Source: Octopus vulgaris
Lineage: Eukaryota
NCBI GenBank assembly: GCA_951406725.2
Contig: OX597821.1
Span: forward strand, 744,001-808,000
Length of the DNA: 64,000 nt
Direction: 5' to 3'
This document shows positions 1 through 14,420 of the stretch, piece after piece (the first letter of the stretch is position 1; each line of letters begins with the position of its first letter). Made by a program: the position numbers and the translations under genes. The notes below the pieces were generated by a model. It saw only the letters and a list, made by a program, of their open reading frames with translations, made no database searches and was not told the origin of the DNA.

Positions 1-12
1 TCTGAAAAAAAA

Positions 13-52
<40 letters not shown>

Positions 53-75
53 TATATGTATGTAGAAAAACAAAC

Positions 76-112
<37 letters not shown>

Positions 113-132
113 TATATGTATATAGAAAAACA

Positions 133-168
<36 letters not shown>

Positions 169-783
169 GATATATACACACACACACACATATATATATA
201 CAAAAACGAACATATATATCTATATAAACAAATAGATATATAAGCAATTATACATACACACACACACATGCATTTATATATATAAAGCACACATTCATAC
301 ACGTACACACACACATGCATCTGGGCATAAACACAACTAAATACACAATGCTTCTTGTTTAATTTCCACTGACGAGTTATCGGACCCCAAACAGCTCCAG
401 ATAGATAATTATATATAATCATTAAACGATTTGTTTTAAAAACTATTGATTCCATATGAAGACATAGAGTCTGAGATGCTGTGGATATGCATTGATGGCA
501 GGGTGGGAGGTGGAGGGTGGTTTGGGCACCGATCAGACATCTGATCCCAACAGATAATGGCTAATGTTGTCAATAGAGGAACATTAGAGGAAGTAACTCA
601 GCAGAATCGCTCTCTTTTCTATGCAAGGGAAAATTCCTTCCAATTTCCACAAACCAAATTATCTTTACACCACATGGACTTATTATGGGGATAGATGAAT
701 GTGGTGTGTATGTACATACATAACATATATATGCAGACACACACACACAAACACATCTATATTCACATACATCTGTGGGTGTA

Positions 784-840
<57 letters not shown>

Positions 841-879
841 TCATATCTATATATATTGTCCCAGTTTGTATTTTTATAA

Positions 880-924
<45 letters not shown>

Positions 925-1854
925 TATGCACACACATGCACCTCTCTCTTCCCTCTGTCTATATATATGTATATGCATATATGCACACACATACACACAC
1001 ATATATACACATGCATACACATCTACATCCATCAATCTATCTATCTATATATACATACACACACACACACATTCTATCTTTATAAATACACACGCATATA
1101 CACACATCTATCTATAAATACATATATATATAGATACATACACATCTATATCTATATATGTGCACACACACATCTATATCTATATATATATATATACACA
1201 TACCTCTTTGCATCTTTATATATACATCTTCATGTCCTTATTTTTATATATATATACACACACACACACATCTTTATATATATGTTTATGTCTTTGTATA
1301 TCTATACATACACATGTATTTGAATTTTAGAAATGAGTGGCATAAGTACACACACACACACACATGTATATACATGTGAATACACACGCATATACAGAGG
1401 AAAATTGAAATCTAGGTTTAGACTTTATAACTGTTACCAAAGATAACCATACATCAAATTTATTTTCTATTATTCTCTAAATTCCATTTTCCCAAATTAG
1501 CATTTCCCTCACACACACACACACACACTGAACCCCTTCTGGTTTTGTCTAATCTCTGTCCCATATAAATTCTGAGATTTCACCTCTTCTCTTAAACAAG
1601 CTGATACTGATAAGAATGAAATATATTTCGAATTTGGATTCAATTAACTTGACTTCTCCTTCCCACCAAGCATACACATGTAGACATAGAAGCACTCATA
1701 CACACACCTACACATAATCATAGCCAAATTGTATACTTAAACACTTCATATCAAATCAGATAAAAAAAAAAAAACTAAGAACAACAACTGAATAAACAAA
1801 AAAATTAGCCAACCAGAATTCCCCTCCCTATAGAGGGAACCTCCTGAACTATTC

Positions 1855-2165
1855 TTAACCCTTTAATTACCATATTTCTGTTGAAATATACCGCCTGAAT
1901 TTAAATTAATTTTTGAAATTAATGAGGAATTTAGTGAAAATACTTAATCATTATTAACCCTTTAGCATTCAAATTATTCTGCTAAATGCTAAGCTTATTT
2001 ATCTGCATTATTTTGAATTAATCATGCATTATCTTGTAGCTTCAATATTTCAATGATGTGATTGTTTATTTTTGCAATGACATTGTAGGGTAGGGGTGAG
2101 AGGCCAGATGTGGTCAGTTTGAACATAAAAACCAGTAAAATATAACTGGTGTTTGGAATATAGAT
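1855..2165. mobile_element. Nested TTAA-CCCTTT non-autonomous piggyBac-like fragments
   Basis: ttaacccttta at 1855 and a second ttaacccttta at 1954 inserted at an internal TTAA. The outer body resembles the reverse complement of 3115-3334 and also 4500-4580. Confidence 0.5.
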
Positions 2166-2590
2166 TTATTCAGTCTTCTGATGGATGGTTCTAATTTGAA
2201 TTTTTAACGAGCTTATAGCCCAGTAATTTAATATAATGTCCGGTGAACCTTTGATAGCTTTTAGGAATTAATCCAGTGAGGAACAACAACAATTTGTATG
2301 AGTTTTCGAAGCCTTCATGTACCTGGTGTATTTATTCCAATCCAGGATGAAAGCATTTATACACAGCTTGTAGATTAACATTTAACAGAACAGAATAGAA
2401 GTTGAATAAGAAAAGGTTTTCATCTTGCCGCCTTCCATGGTTGGCATAGTGGATTTACCAAATTCAAATCAACGCAGAGTAGTTCCGCAGCAGGAACAGA
2501 GATGGAGACAATGTAGTTAGCTGCAGGCCATGTGGGAGAAGAAAAGAGGATGTTCCTTGGCTGTGCACGTCTTTTTATCTCTATCTAACG

Positions 2591-2605
2591 AGCGCCACCT
2601 AGTTG
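2591..2605 (-). promoter_or_regulatory. CTCF-like motif
   Basis: Minus strand CAACTAGGTGGCGCT versus consensus CCASYAGRKGGCRS (one mismatch), with a retained CpG in non-microsatellite sequence. Confidence 0.3.
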
Positions 2606-2659
2606 TTAACGATGTGACAGGGAGATAACTCTAGATGACTCTCATTAAAACATGACGGC

Positions 2660-3105
2660 ACTGGATTCAAATAAGGTTGCCTACATATTTGTTTAAAACA
2701 GAAAGTTTTGTATCATACAAGAAGGAATTGCCAGACCTACTGCATGGCACCTTGGGTGAGTGTCTTCTACTATGGCCACAGATTGAGCAATGCCTTGTGA
2801 ATGAGTTTGATAGGCAAAAACTGTATGGAAGCACATTATACACACATCTATGTGGATATGAAAGTGGTAAGAAAAATACAAGAGAATGAGAACAACAATG
2901 GACCATTGGTATGGTGTTTGTACATCCAGTACCCAAGATACACTTTCAACTTCATACCTATCATTATTGGAGCAACAAAATACATACCAACGTGTCTGGA
3001 GCAAAGTATGACTGAACGCAAGTTCTTGGGGACAGAACACAAATCCTTAACTTATACACTACAAATGATCATGATATCTGAAACTCTAAAAATCTGCTAG
3101 ACCTC
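2660..3105 (+). mobile_element. 3' fragment of an RLE-type non-LTR retrotransposon (R4/Dong-like), interrupted by a SINE piece at about 2738-2835
   Basis: ...ELPDL then VVRKIQENENNNGPLV..L.IQYPRYTFNFIPIIIGATKYIPTCL...LQ.....TLKIC resembles the PD..D/K..KY..L/IPIIIGALG C-terminus of restriction-like endonuclease LINEs. Confidence 0.5.
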
Positions 3106-3110
3106 AAGAT

Positions 3111-3338
3111 TTAACCCTTTTGTTACCAACCCAGCTGAAACCGGTTCTGGCACTGAGTACAAATGTCTTGTTTTCATAAGTTTTGAATTAAAATCTTCCA
3201 CCAAACCTTAGTCACAAATTATGTTCCTAACACTAGCTGAATGATTATTAAATTATTTTACTAAATTCTTTGTTATATTTAAAGTAATTGAAAGAAGCAC
3301 AGAGCATCTCGAAATAAATACGATAATGAAAAGGTTAA
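3111..3338. mobile_element. Non-autonomous piggyBac-like MITE with TTAA target duplication
   Basis: TTAA|cccttttgttacc ... cgataatgaaaagg|TTAA; imperfect terminal inverted repeats, 220-bp body. Confidence 0.7.
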
Positions 3339-3931
3339 AGAATGATGAACAAGACAAGACATTATCCTTCACAACCATGCTACCAAGTAGGTGGCTGGTT
3401 AAATTTTACTCTAAATTAAGAGAAAGAAAGAAAGAAAGAATGAATAAATGAATAAATGAGTCAGTCAGTCTGTCTGTCCATTCATCCACACATCTACGTT
3501 AAATATATGTATAAATATTTGTGTATGAGTCTGTGTTTGGCTTCTACTGGTCTTTCTAAAACATTTTTTCTCCTGAAAAATTTAGCACAACATCGTATGA
3601 AATTCATCTGACAGTCCAGTCAATAACTATCAAATGCTATTGAAGTTTAACGAAGGAAATTTAGCTGCTACATTGAAAAGATGTACGGTGACTTCAGAGA
3701 AGTTCTCTCTTGTAATCATATAGATAAAGAAGATCATGTTTGTGGTTGCTGTGTGCATGGAAGGGTCAAGTTGGGGGCAGAGGAGAGAGTCAACAACCTT
3801 CTTTAAAAGATCTTACAGAATAATATATTAAAGCTTGTTTACTACTCAGCAATTGTACATTGATAATTCTATGCTGTATTGAAGTTCTTCAGACTATTTT
3901 GTAGACTATATAATCATGGTAATAATTCTTC

Positions 3932-3986
<55 letters not shown>

Positions 3987-4246
3987 AATGAGATTACATT
4001 TATGAATTTGTGTTACAGGATTCTTAATGTGAAACTGTGAGTTGAAACAGATGTTGTATTTAGGGGTTGTCATTTTTTGTTTCTTTTGCCAAATAAACAC
4101 ATGCTTGCTTCTCAGCCACACAGTTCTAGGTTCAGTCCCTCTGCATGGCACCTTGGGCAAGTGTCTTCTACTATAGTATCGGGCTGACCAAAGTCTTGAG
4201 AGTGGATTTGGTTGACAGAAACTGAGAGAAGCCTGTTGCATATATG

Positions 4247-4277
<31 letters not shown>

Positions 4278-6319
4278 TTGTGTTTGTCTCCCATCATCAC
4301 TTGACAACCTGTGTTGTTGTGTTTACATCCCTGTAGCTTAGCTGTTTAGCAAAAAAAGGCTCATAAAATAAGTACCCGGCTTAAAAAAAACCCCTAAAAT
4401 GAAGTACTGGGGTCAATTCATCTAACTAAAAAATTCTTCAAGGTAGTGCCCCAGCATGGCCAAAGAATGACTGAAACAAGTAAAAAAGATAAAGACAATT
4501 TACTGTTTTTGCTTCAATTAATTTAGAAAATAATAAAGAATTTAGTACAAAAATTTGAAATTATTAAGCTGGTGTTTAGAGTGGGGGGGGGGAGCTGGCA
4601 GAATTGTTTGCATGGTGGAGAAAATTCTTAGTGGTATTTCTACATTCTGAGTTCAAATTCTGCTGAGGTCAACTTTGCCTTTCATCATTTCGGGGTCAAT
4701 AAAATAAATACCAGTTGAACACTGGGGTCGATGTAACCACCTCCCGCCTAGCTGCCCTTGAGGCAAAAATTTGAAATAATTATTAAGCTGGTGTTTTGAG
4801 TGGGGATCTGGCAGAATTGTCAGCCCACCAGAAGAAAATGCTTAGCAGTATTCCTTAGCAGCTCTTTGTGATCTGAGTTCAAGTCCCACTGAGGTTAACT
4901 TTGCCTTTCATTCTTTGAGGGTCAGTAAATTATAGTACCAGTCATATACTGAGTTTGATGTAATCAATACCCTGTTTCCTAAAGATAGCTGGCATTGTAC
5001 CAGAATTTCAAAGAACTCATCATGATCATGACCATCATCACATCTGTTTTCCATGCTGGCATGGGTTGAATGATTCGACAGGAGCTGACAAGGACTGCAC
5101 CAAGCTCCAGTTGTCTTCTTAGGCATGGTTTTTTTTATAGCCTGATGCCCTTCCTAATGCCAACTACTTTACTGGGTGCTTTTTACGTGGTACCAGCACC
5201 AAAAGAATTATTGCATATTATAAAAATTCTATCTGAAAGTTCATTTGACTCAAGAATTTATGATGAAACGATAAACGTCGCCCATTTCAAGCCTAGCCAG
5301 GCTCATGGGCCCGGTTTCTGTGGTGTATGTGTTCCCCACAACTGGACGGGATGCCAGTCCATAGCAGCATTAGTCAAGAAACAGGAAGAGAGAGTGGGAG
5401 AAAGTTGTGGCGAAAGAGTACAACAAGGGTCGCCACCATCCCCTGTCGGAGCCTCGTGGAGCTTTTAGGTGTTTTCGCTCAATAAACACACACAACGCCT
5501 GGTCTGGGGATCGAAACTGCGATCCTCCGACCGCAAGTCCGCTGCCCTAACCATTGGGCCATTGCATCTCCACCAAAGAATATACGGCAAATTAATAAAG
5601 ATAAAGCATTAACTATGTTGATGAAGCTTTGGGATTTACTCATGCTCTATTTCAAGGAATGGTAAGAGCTGACCTGGAGATTAAACAACAACAACAACAC
5701 ATAGCAATGCCATAGTTCAGACATGATGTTCATGGCTAGGGCATATTTGATCAATAACAACATAAAATGATGACATCACAGTTTAGATAAGACAGTCATA
5801 GAACATCTCTAATCAAAGATCTGCTCAATCAAGCCAGACCTTGGGCTAAAGAACATCAATGGTGACAGCACAACTTAGACAAGACTTCTGTTGAAAATCT
5901 CTTGAATGTTCCACCAGATATTTAATCATATATGTTAATGCAATGTTGGTGTGTAATTAAAGCAAAAAGCTGGCCTCCTCTTAACGAGGATTATAATAGG
6001 ATTACAGAGTGTGATAAGAGTTTATTGTTGCATGACAAAGAGACTTATTTTGAGAAGCTTTACTTGGAAAACTATTCTTCTACAATTGTTATTATTATTA
6101 TTATTATTAAAATCTTTCAAGAAATTAGTGGTGATGGTGGTATTAATGGTGGACTCAATTGAGCAAGCTGGACAACAGAGTACTATTTATAATTAATAGG
6201 TTGTGGTAAGTGAAGTAGCATTATTATTATTATTATTATTATTATCATTATTATTATTATTAGTTGTAGTAGTGGTGTCATCATCAGCTTCGCTGTACAC
6301 TTAGTAGATGCAAACACAA

Positions 6320-7160
6320 CATTGACAATGATGATAATATTGACAGTGATAATGACATCAATAGAAATGATGATGATGTCAATGGTGATAATGTTGTTGA
6401 CAGAGATGATGATGCTGGTGATGTTGACAGTGATGATAATGTTGATGGTGTTGATGACAATGACGGTGATGATGATGTTGATGGTGATGATGATGTGGAT
6501 GGTGATGATGACATCGACAGTGATGATGACATCGAGAGTGATGATGACGTCGACGGTGATGATGACATCGACAGTGATGATGATGTTGACGGGGATGATG
6601 ACGTCGACGGGGATGATGATGTCAATGATGATGATGATGTTGATAGTGATGATGACGTTGACGGTGATGATGACGTTGATGGTGATGATGGCGTCGATGG
6701 TGATGATGACGTCAGTGGTGATGATGACATCGACAGTGATGATGACGTCGACGGGGATGATGATGTTGACGGTGAGGATGACGTTGATGGTGGTCGATAG
6801 TAATGATGACGTCAACGGTGATGATAACATCGATGGAGATGATAATGTCGACGTGGATGATGATGTCAATGAGGATGATGACACTGGATGATGACATCGA
6901 TGGTGATGTCGACATTGATGGTGATGATGATGTTAATAATAGTGAAGTAAAAACTAAACACAATAATGTTAACAGTGAAAATGATGTCAACAGCAGTGAT
7001 GATGTTTACAGTTATGATTTTGACAGTGAATGACATTGACAGCAAACAATGCTGACAGCTAATAATGTCAATAGTGATGATGATATAACAGTGAAGGAAT
7101 ATTGACAGTGGGGACAATGTCTAAAATGTTGATATTAACAATGAATGATGTCAGTGAATA
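6320..7160. repeat. GAT-based low-complexity repeat with an 18-bp higher-order unit (gacggtgatgatgacgtc)
   Basis: Direct reading; yields spurious DGDDDV and MMT ORFs in all frames. Confidence 0.9.
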
Positions 7161-7310
7161 ATGTTGAGGAAGAGAAAAATCATTACAAACATAGAATGCA
7201 AAAAAAGAAATTGAAAAAATAAAAAAATATTAAATGCAACAAAGAACTGAACAAAAAATCTACATTATATACATACACACACACATACATATAAATATAT
7301 ATGTATATAG

Positions 7311-7343
<33 letters not shown>

Positions 7344-7362
7344 TATAGGCACACATACACAT

Positions 7363-7449
<87 letters not shown>

Positions 7450-7882
7450 AAGCAAATACTAAATAATGAAAAACAAAATCAATATCGACATGAGATTAGA
7501 ATTTACAAAATAAAAAACAAAAAGAACAACAAAAATCTTTAAAAAATTAATTAAAAAACAAAACAGAGCTTTCTAGATTTTTCTTAATTTACTTTTATCT
7601 TTTTAGTAAAATTTTTTTCAATCTAGAGTTTTGTTATATTTGATTTTTGCTTTCTACACCCATCTCCTCTTTTTTTTTTCACACTCTTTCACCACACTTT
7701 TTTTTTCCACTTTTCTTCTAAAAATAAATTCCATTATTTGATTCAATTAACATTTTCTATTGATCAAGTCTACAGTTTTGGTCTTCCTTTTGTTTCAAAT
7801 TTCACCCAAAACAACCAATAGGTCTCCGATAATTCCACAGATTCATTATCCAGGGGTTTCTCATTTATCCAATCATCTAGAG

Positions 7883-7935
<53 letters not shown>

Positions 7936-8349
7936 ACACACACATATATATATTACAGAATTATTAGTGAGGGATTAGCAATCTGGGCAAAATACTTTAT
8001 AATCTCTGTTAGTAAATCAGGCCAGCAGTATTATTTAGATGAGTAAAAAACTCAACATATTCTTGTGGCAGTGTCCAACGTTATTGTTCATCACCATTGT
8101 GTACTGTAAATCCTTGGTTGTGCTCCTGCTATACTCTTTTTTTTACAGAGTGATATACAAGACAAAGCATAAATAATAGTCATTAGATATTTGTCTTTAT
8201 TGCAGCAAATTTGACTTTATTGTAGCAAATTTGACTTACAGCTGTGACAAATTTATTGCAATAAAGAAAATATGTAGGGACCATTATTTATATCTTGTCT
8301 GACATGCAGCCAGAAAACCTTCTCAAAGGTCTGTACCAAGAAAGCACAG

Positions 8350-8510
8350 GTGACTGTATGCTGCATGACAGTGAATGTAACTGGGATAGAGCGGAAGGAG
8401 AGTTTCATACACCTGGGAAGTTGGATAACATCAAATGGAAGGTCAGATAAGGACATCAAGGGCAGAATTGGATTAGCAAAGAAGACTTTTAGGGATATGG
8501 AGATGGCCTT
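8350..8510 (+). mobile_element. RTE-clade LINE reverse transcriptase fragment
   Basis: IERKESFIHLGSWITSNGRSDKDIKGRIGLAKKTFRDM matches the F.YLGS.IT.DG....EI..RI..AK..F RT thumb region. Confidence 0.8.
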
Positions 8511-10151
8511 CTGTGAAGAAAAAAATCACTTTGTGTGTGTAGGTGAGAGTGTGTGTGTGTGTATATATATATCATCATTGTTTAACGTCCACCTTCCATG
8601 CTAGTATTGGTGAGATATGTATACACACACACACACACACACACAACATAAGCGAGAGTGTTTATGCACTCATATCAGTTAAGTTATATCTAATACTATA
8701 TTACGTGTATTGTGCATGTTTCTTTTTGCATTTGTTATTTATAATTGATCTTCGATAAAAATGAAGTTGTATCCCTTAATTTGCTGCTTTTCTATACCCA
8801 CACCCAGAAGATATCTTGAGGAACAATCGTTATTTTAATGAGATACATTATGTAATCACCTGAAGAAGCACATCTACATTGACAGATACTCCTAAACTAA
8901 TTTTAAGTATCCCACCAATGAGGGAACGATACTAGTTGGGGCGAATCAATTGTTGTGATCAATGAACATTCTTGTGTCTTCTATCTTCTGTGTCTCTCAT
9001 TAATCAAATATATAAGTGTGTGTGTGTGATTTGTATCTGTGTTTGTCCCCCACCACTTCCTGACAGTTGGTGCTGGCATTTTTATTGCCCTCTTAACTTA
9101 GCAGTTCAGCAAAAAGATTAATAAAATAAGTGCTAGGCTTAAAAAATATATTCTGGGTCGATTCATTCGCCTAAAAGAAAAAGAAATTCTTCAAGGCAGT
9201 GCCCCAGCATGGCCACAGTCGGATGACTGAAACAAGTAAAATATAAAAAAAAAGTATATAAACCAACCATTTATTTACACATGCATTCACAAAAACACAC
9301 ACAGAGGATATCATATTCTCTGTGTGAGTGTGTGTGAATATATATGTGTATGAGTGTGTATGTGTGTGTGCGTGTGTATGTATGTATGTATATGATATAT
9401 ATATATGTATGTATGTATATTTATCTAGTATTTTAAACACATTTACCCACTTGAAAAATAGATCTATAAATGTTAAACTCAAAGAGCAAAACCCAAAATA
9501 AACAAATAAATATAAAAAGTTGGTAAAAATTCTTTAAATCCCAGAACTTTCATTCTTTGACATCCTGTCTTGTGCTACAAGCTATCTTAACCATTCATTT
9601 ACTTTCCTTATTTTTTTATGTTAATTTTCCAGTTTTTCCTCTTAGAATTTGTTTATCATTATCATTATTATTATTGTTATATATTTTTTTAAGAAATGAT
9701 TTTGTAAGTCTTTCACTTCACTTCACGACTGGTTCAATACCCAGGTGGAACAGACTAGTGTGCTATGTTTAAAAAAAATTTTATTTTTGTAAACTTTGCA
9801 ATTTTTAAAAGATTTATAACATCTCTTCTTTTACATTTTTAAAAAAAAACCAAGTTTGCATGCATGAAAGGAGCTTTGCCAATGCCGATGTCTGCGAGTC
9901 AGTCTTGATGCAGCAGACTAATAATTAAAGAGTCTGCCACATCAAGACAGAATGGTAGGCCTTTCATTACATTAACCAAAGGCATTGTTGTTATATTCTT
10001 CCTTGTATTCTACAGCCAGTTTTGGTGAGTGGGCGTCAGTCCCCACTGCACCAGTAGATGGGTGAAGTGTCTTCTACTATAGCCCTGTGTACGCTGATTC
10101 TGTGAAAGTGATTTTGATTGGCAGAAACTGTACTGAAGCCTGTGATTATAT

Positions 10152-10205
<54 letters not shown>

Positions 10206-10267
10206 GAAATAAGGATGGTTTTATATTTACAGATTTTTATTAATATGTCACATGTTTTTATAAATCA

Positions 10268-10310
10268 TATATTAGCGCTTGCATCCACTCTAGTGGATTC
10301 TTCAGATTTC
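10268..10310 (-). ncRNA. Minimal hammerhead motif with one core substitution
   Basis: Minus strand: AAAU-CUGAAGA-AUCCAC(UAGA)GUGGAU-GCAA-GCGC-UA-AUAU. Perfect 6-bp stem II and palindromic AGCGCU; GAAA is changed to GCAA. Confidence 0.5.
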
Positions 10311-10460
10311 TGTTGAATATATCTGTATTTATGTTAAGTTATAAATAAAAGCAATTAGCATCAAACTTTTCAATGGAGTATATGTTCATTAGACTCTTAT
10401 TATATATGGAGTAAGGTGACAGTGACTTTCAAGTTTCAGATGACCATCTTTGTTAGACTC

Positions 10461-10492
<32 letters not shown>

Positions 10493-10582
10493 CATATATT
10501 TGCGTGTGTGTATGTATATGTGTTTGTGAGTGTGCGCGTGTGCATTTATATGTGTTTGTGTGTGTACGCACATGTGTGCGTG

Positions 10583-10615
<33 letters not shown>

Positions 10616-13600
10616 ATGTGTGCATAATGGTGCAAGGCTTCGTGGTTAGGGTGTTGCACTCACAACCTAATGATAATGATTTCAATCTCTAGACTGGGTG
10701 GTGCATTGTATTCTTAAGCGAAACACTTCTTCTCATTTTTCTCTGTAATCACTGTGACACGTGACACGTGGCACACAGTATCCTGGCTTTCATATAGGAT
10801 TAATGGTATATGCTAAGCCTGATGATTGCTTGGAGACACATGACATATAAATCTGTCAAATTATTGTATCTCAAAGTATTGGTAGCTCTCTTTTATATGA
10901 TGATGATATATATGAAAACCTTATAAGTTATAGATATGGCTGTGTGGTTCAGAAATTTGCTTCCTAACCATTTGGTCTCAAGTTCAATCCTACCGTATGG
11001 CACCTTGGGTATTTGTCTTCCATAGACCCAAGTCTGAGGGAGCAGAAACAGCTGTAAGCTATAGAAGTTGAGTGTTTAATTCCTACTCCCTTGTCATTTA
11101 TCTAATGTCATATTAGACAATTGGCTGTGTGGTAAGAAGCTTGCTTCCCAACCACATGGTTCCAGGTTCAGTCCCACTGTGTGGCACCATGGGCAAGTGT
11201 TTTCTGCTATAGCCTTTGGCTGACTGAAGCTTTGTGAGTAGATTGAGTAGAAGGAAACAGAAAGAAGCCCATAGTGCATATGTGTGCATCCCACCACTGC
11301 TTGACAACTGGTGTTGGTATGTTTACATCCTGTAACTTAGTGGTTTGGCAAAAACTGACAAAATAAGCACCAGGCTTAACAAAAGGCAAGTACTAGGGTC
11401 GATTCATTTGACTAAAAATTCTTTAAGGCTGTGCCCCAGCATGGCCACGGCCAAATGGCTAAAACAACTGGAAGATATGCGTGCCTGTGTGTGTGTGTGT
11501 GTATGCAAGAAAGAAGATTTTAGTTGAGAGTAATTGAAGATGGGGAAAAGACAAATGAAGAAGAAAGAAAAAAAAGCAAACAAGATGCAAAGAAGGATGG
11601 GAAGTGAAATAAAGAATTCTAAAAGAATAAGAATGATAATGGTGCTGCCGATGATGATGATGATGGTGGTGGGGGTGGTGGTGGTGGTGGTGGTGGTGGT
11701 GATTTATTAATTTTAAAATATACACTCATTACGGTCGTCGTCATCATCATGGCGATGACGAGCTTTCAGTTAAAGAAAAACGAAAGTTAGCAAACAGAAA
11801 GAAAAGAAATGGGGAGAACGTGTGTATGGAGACGGATGTTTACGTGGGTGTGTGTGTGTGTGTAAGTATGAGTGTGAAAGCGTAAGTATTTGTGAAAGAG
11901 TGTGTGTGTGCTGCTGTGTGTAAGCAGATAGCAGACAAATAGCAAAAAAAACAACAACAACAACAACAGAACAAAACATTGTGTTTGTATATGTAACATG
12001 TGTGTGTGTGTGTGTTTGAATACAATAACAAACAACAATAGCAACAACAATAACAAACCTAGTATAAATAATAAAGTGAGACCTTTACAGTTCAGCTGTA
12101 AACAAATACTGAGTTTAACCTCTCCACCTCCATTTCCTCCACTCATGACCACCACCACTGTAAACAAATACTAAATTTAACCTCAACCTCCACTCCACAT
12201 CATGGCCACCCCCACTTCTGTCATCTTTATACACGCTTCAATGATTGCAAAACAATACATTTTAAAAAAAAATTTGATCTTGTTTATATACACACATTGA
12301 TTGATAGATATGGGTGCGTGTGTTTGTATATACACCCACACATGTGGCTGTATATTTATATGTGTATTGATATGTATATATATATATACATATATATGTA
12401 CGTATGTATGTATGTATATATATATACACACAAACACACACACATATGCATAATATATATTTACATATATATATATGCACATACATATACATGTACATAC
12501 ACATATATGTACATAATATACACACACATATGTATGTATATATATATATATATACACACACACACGCGTATATGTACATAATATACACATACACATGTAT
12601 AAATATATACACACATATATGTACATAATACACATATACACACACATATATATAAGCATATGTAATTGTACATAACAATATACACATACATATATGTACA
12701 TGTATACATATCCGCACACACACAAATCTGTGTATATATGTATGTGCACAAAGAAGTGTGTTTGCATGTGTGCATGCTTATATATATATATATAATACAC
12801 TCATACATGTATGTAGTATGGCCAAGTTGTTAAGAAGTTTGAGTTACAATCACAAAGCACTGGTTTCAATTCTACAGCAGGGTGGTGTTTTAGGCAAATA
12901 TCTTTGTATCTTTTATGATATCCTTTTTCCATTCCCGAAAGTTTTGCGGATGAAACTGCTGCCAATGGAAACTGTATGGAAGCCTGTCAAGTGGATTGCA
13001 CCAGTAATTCAATGGCATTTTTCAGTCGTTTCTGTTGAAGGATTATGTTAAAGGTACACAGGTCTGTGGAAAACTCAGAAGTTCATTTTGCAACTGAGCA
13101 GTCTCAGGTTCAGTTCCACTGCATGGTACATTTGCATATGAGCATCTATTGTAGTATAACCCCAGGCTGAGAAAGACTCATGTATGCATTGTGATTTGGT
13201 TGCTTAAAGGAAATTGCAAGGAGTGGAATTATAGTCATGGCATCTAGTGGCTCACCTGTGATGGACCAGCTTCCCATCTAGGTGGGGAACCCATATGCCA
13301 ATGAAACGTGGAAACAGGCCCTTATGAGCCAGGCATGGCTCAAGAAGGAACAAACAACCTGATAGGATTCACGCATTCAACTACTGTTTCTAGCAAGTTG
13401 ACTGTCCACATAGAGGCTTCCTCATTGGTCCTTATTTTTTACAGTTGGTGATTGTCTTGGTTTGACATTAATCTCCATCTTTGCCCACCCTATTTCACCT
13501 CACCCCACCATCACAATATGTTAACTTTACATGTCACATGTGACAACATGTAGCCAGGCACTACTTTTCTTTAGTTTCCCCAGTTTCCATGCAAGAGTGA

Positions 13601-14044
13601 TTCCTGGACATAAACAGAAGGTAAGTTTTTGCAGTTGTAACAGTACCAAACCATTTTGATTGGCACCATGCCGAAAGAGGAGGAGGAGAAGAAGAAGTAG
13701 AAGGAGTAGGAGATGGAGAAGTGGAAGGAAAAGGAGAAGCAGAAGAAGAAGAAAACAAAGAACAACAATAACAGTAACATGACCACCATGTTGATAAAAT
13801 ATCAAAGGATTACTTAGATTTTCGCTAATCTAAATTGAAGCCTTTGAATTCTAGCCAGACATTTTTGGTGCATTCCTTCCTTAAAGAGTTTCGTGTGCAC
13901 TTTACTGTTTTAGATATAACATCAGCTGCAGCTGACTGCATTTACTGGCAGTAAAAGACAACCTTGGCACTGTTCTTTTAAATTCAACTCCAGCCTAAAG
14001 CAAGTAGCTCCATCAATGTACCCATTCATTTTATTTGCCCACAA

Positions 14045-14420
14045 TTCCCCGGAGGATTGTGGGGCTAGAGTCTTGAAGCACCTCTTCCTTAGGATCCCAT
14101 CAGAAACAACCCACATTACATTTTCTGGCTGGCTTTCCAAGCATGACCAACTCAGACTATACATATCCAAATATTTCACTCATGGTCTATCCCTAAGTCT
14201 CCTGTCACTTCTCTCTTGAGATTCTTTCTTGTGGAATTCTAATCACATGTCTATAGCACCACAACTGTGATCTTTACCTGGAGAGGCTCTCTAATCTCCC
14301 AACTATGCATTCCTATTGAGTAAATTTGCTCTAGAGATCCTGCAGAGGAATCCTATTTTAGCCATTTCTATTTGCAGTTATATTCTTTTGGTCATTCATG
14401 ACCATAAATGAGAATAGAAA
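14045..14420 (-). mobile_element. Decayed RTE/RTE-X LINE 3' coding fragment
   Basis: Minus strand gives ILIYGHE...IEMAKIGFLCRIS...EIREPLQV..SQLWCYRHVIRIPQERI...RDRP...LSWSCL with stops and frameshifts. Confidence 0.65.

Noticed and set aside
440-690. Possible next CELF exon in complex sequence
   Set aside because: No MNRPIQVKPAD-like peptide, and the phase 0 reading after the candidate acceptor stops within seven codons.
14-1379. Many ORFs rich in YI/HT/CV dipeptides (here and throughout the window)
   Set aside because: They are translations of (TA)n and (CA)n microsatellites, which lack stop codons.
6183-7117. Asp-rich DGDDDV ORF resembling an acidic biomineralisation protein
   Set aside because: Open in several frames on both strands, with no signal peptide or credible splice context; a simple repeat. 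The same applies to 28471-29505.
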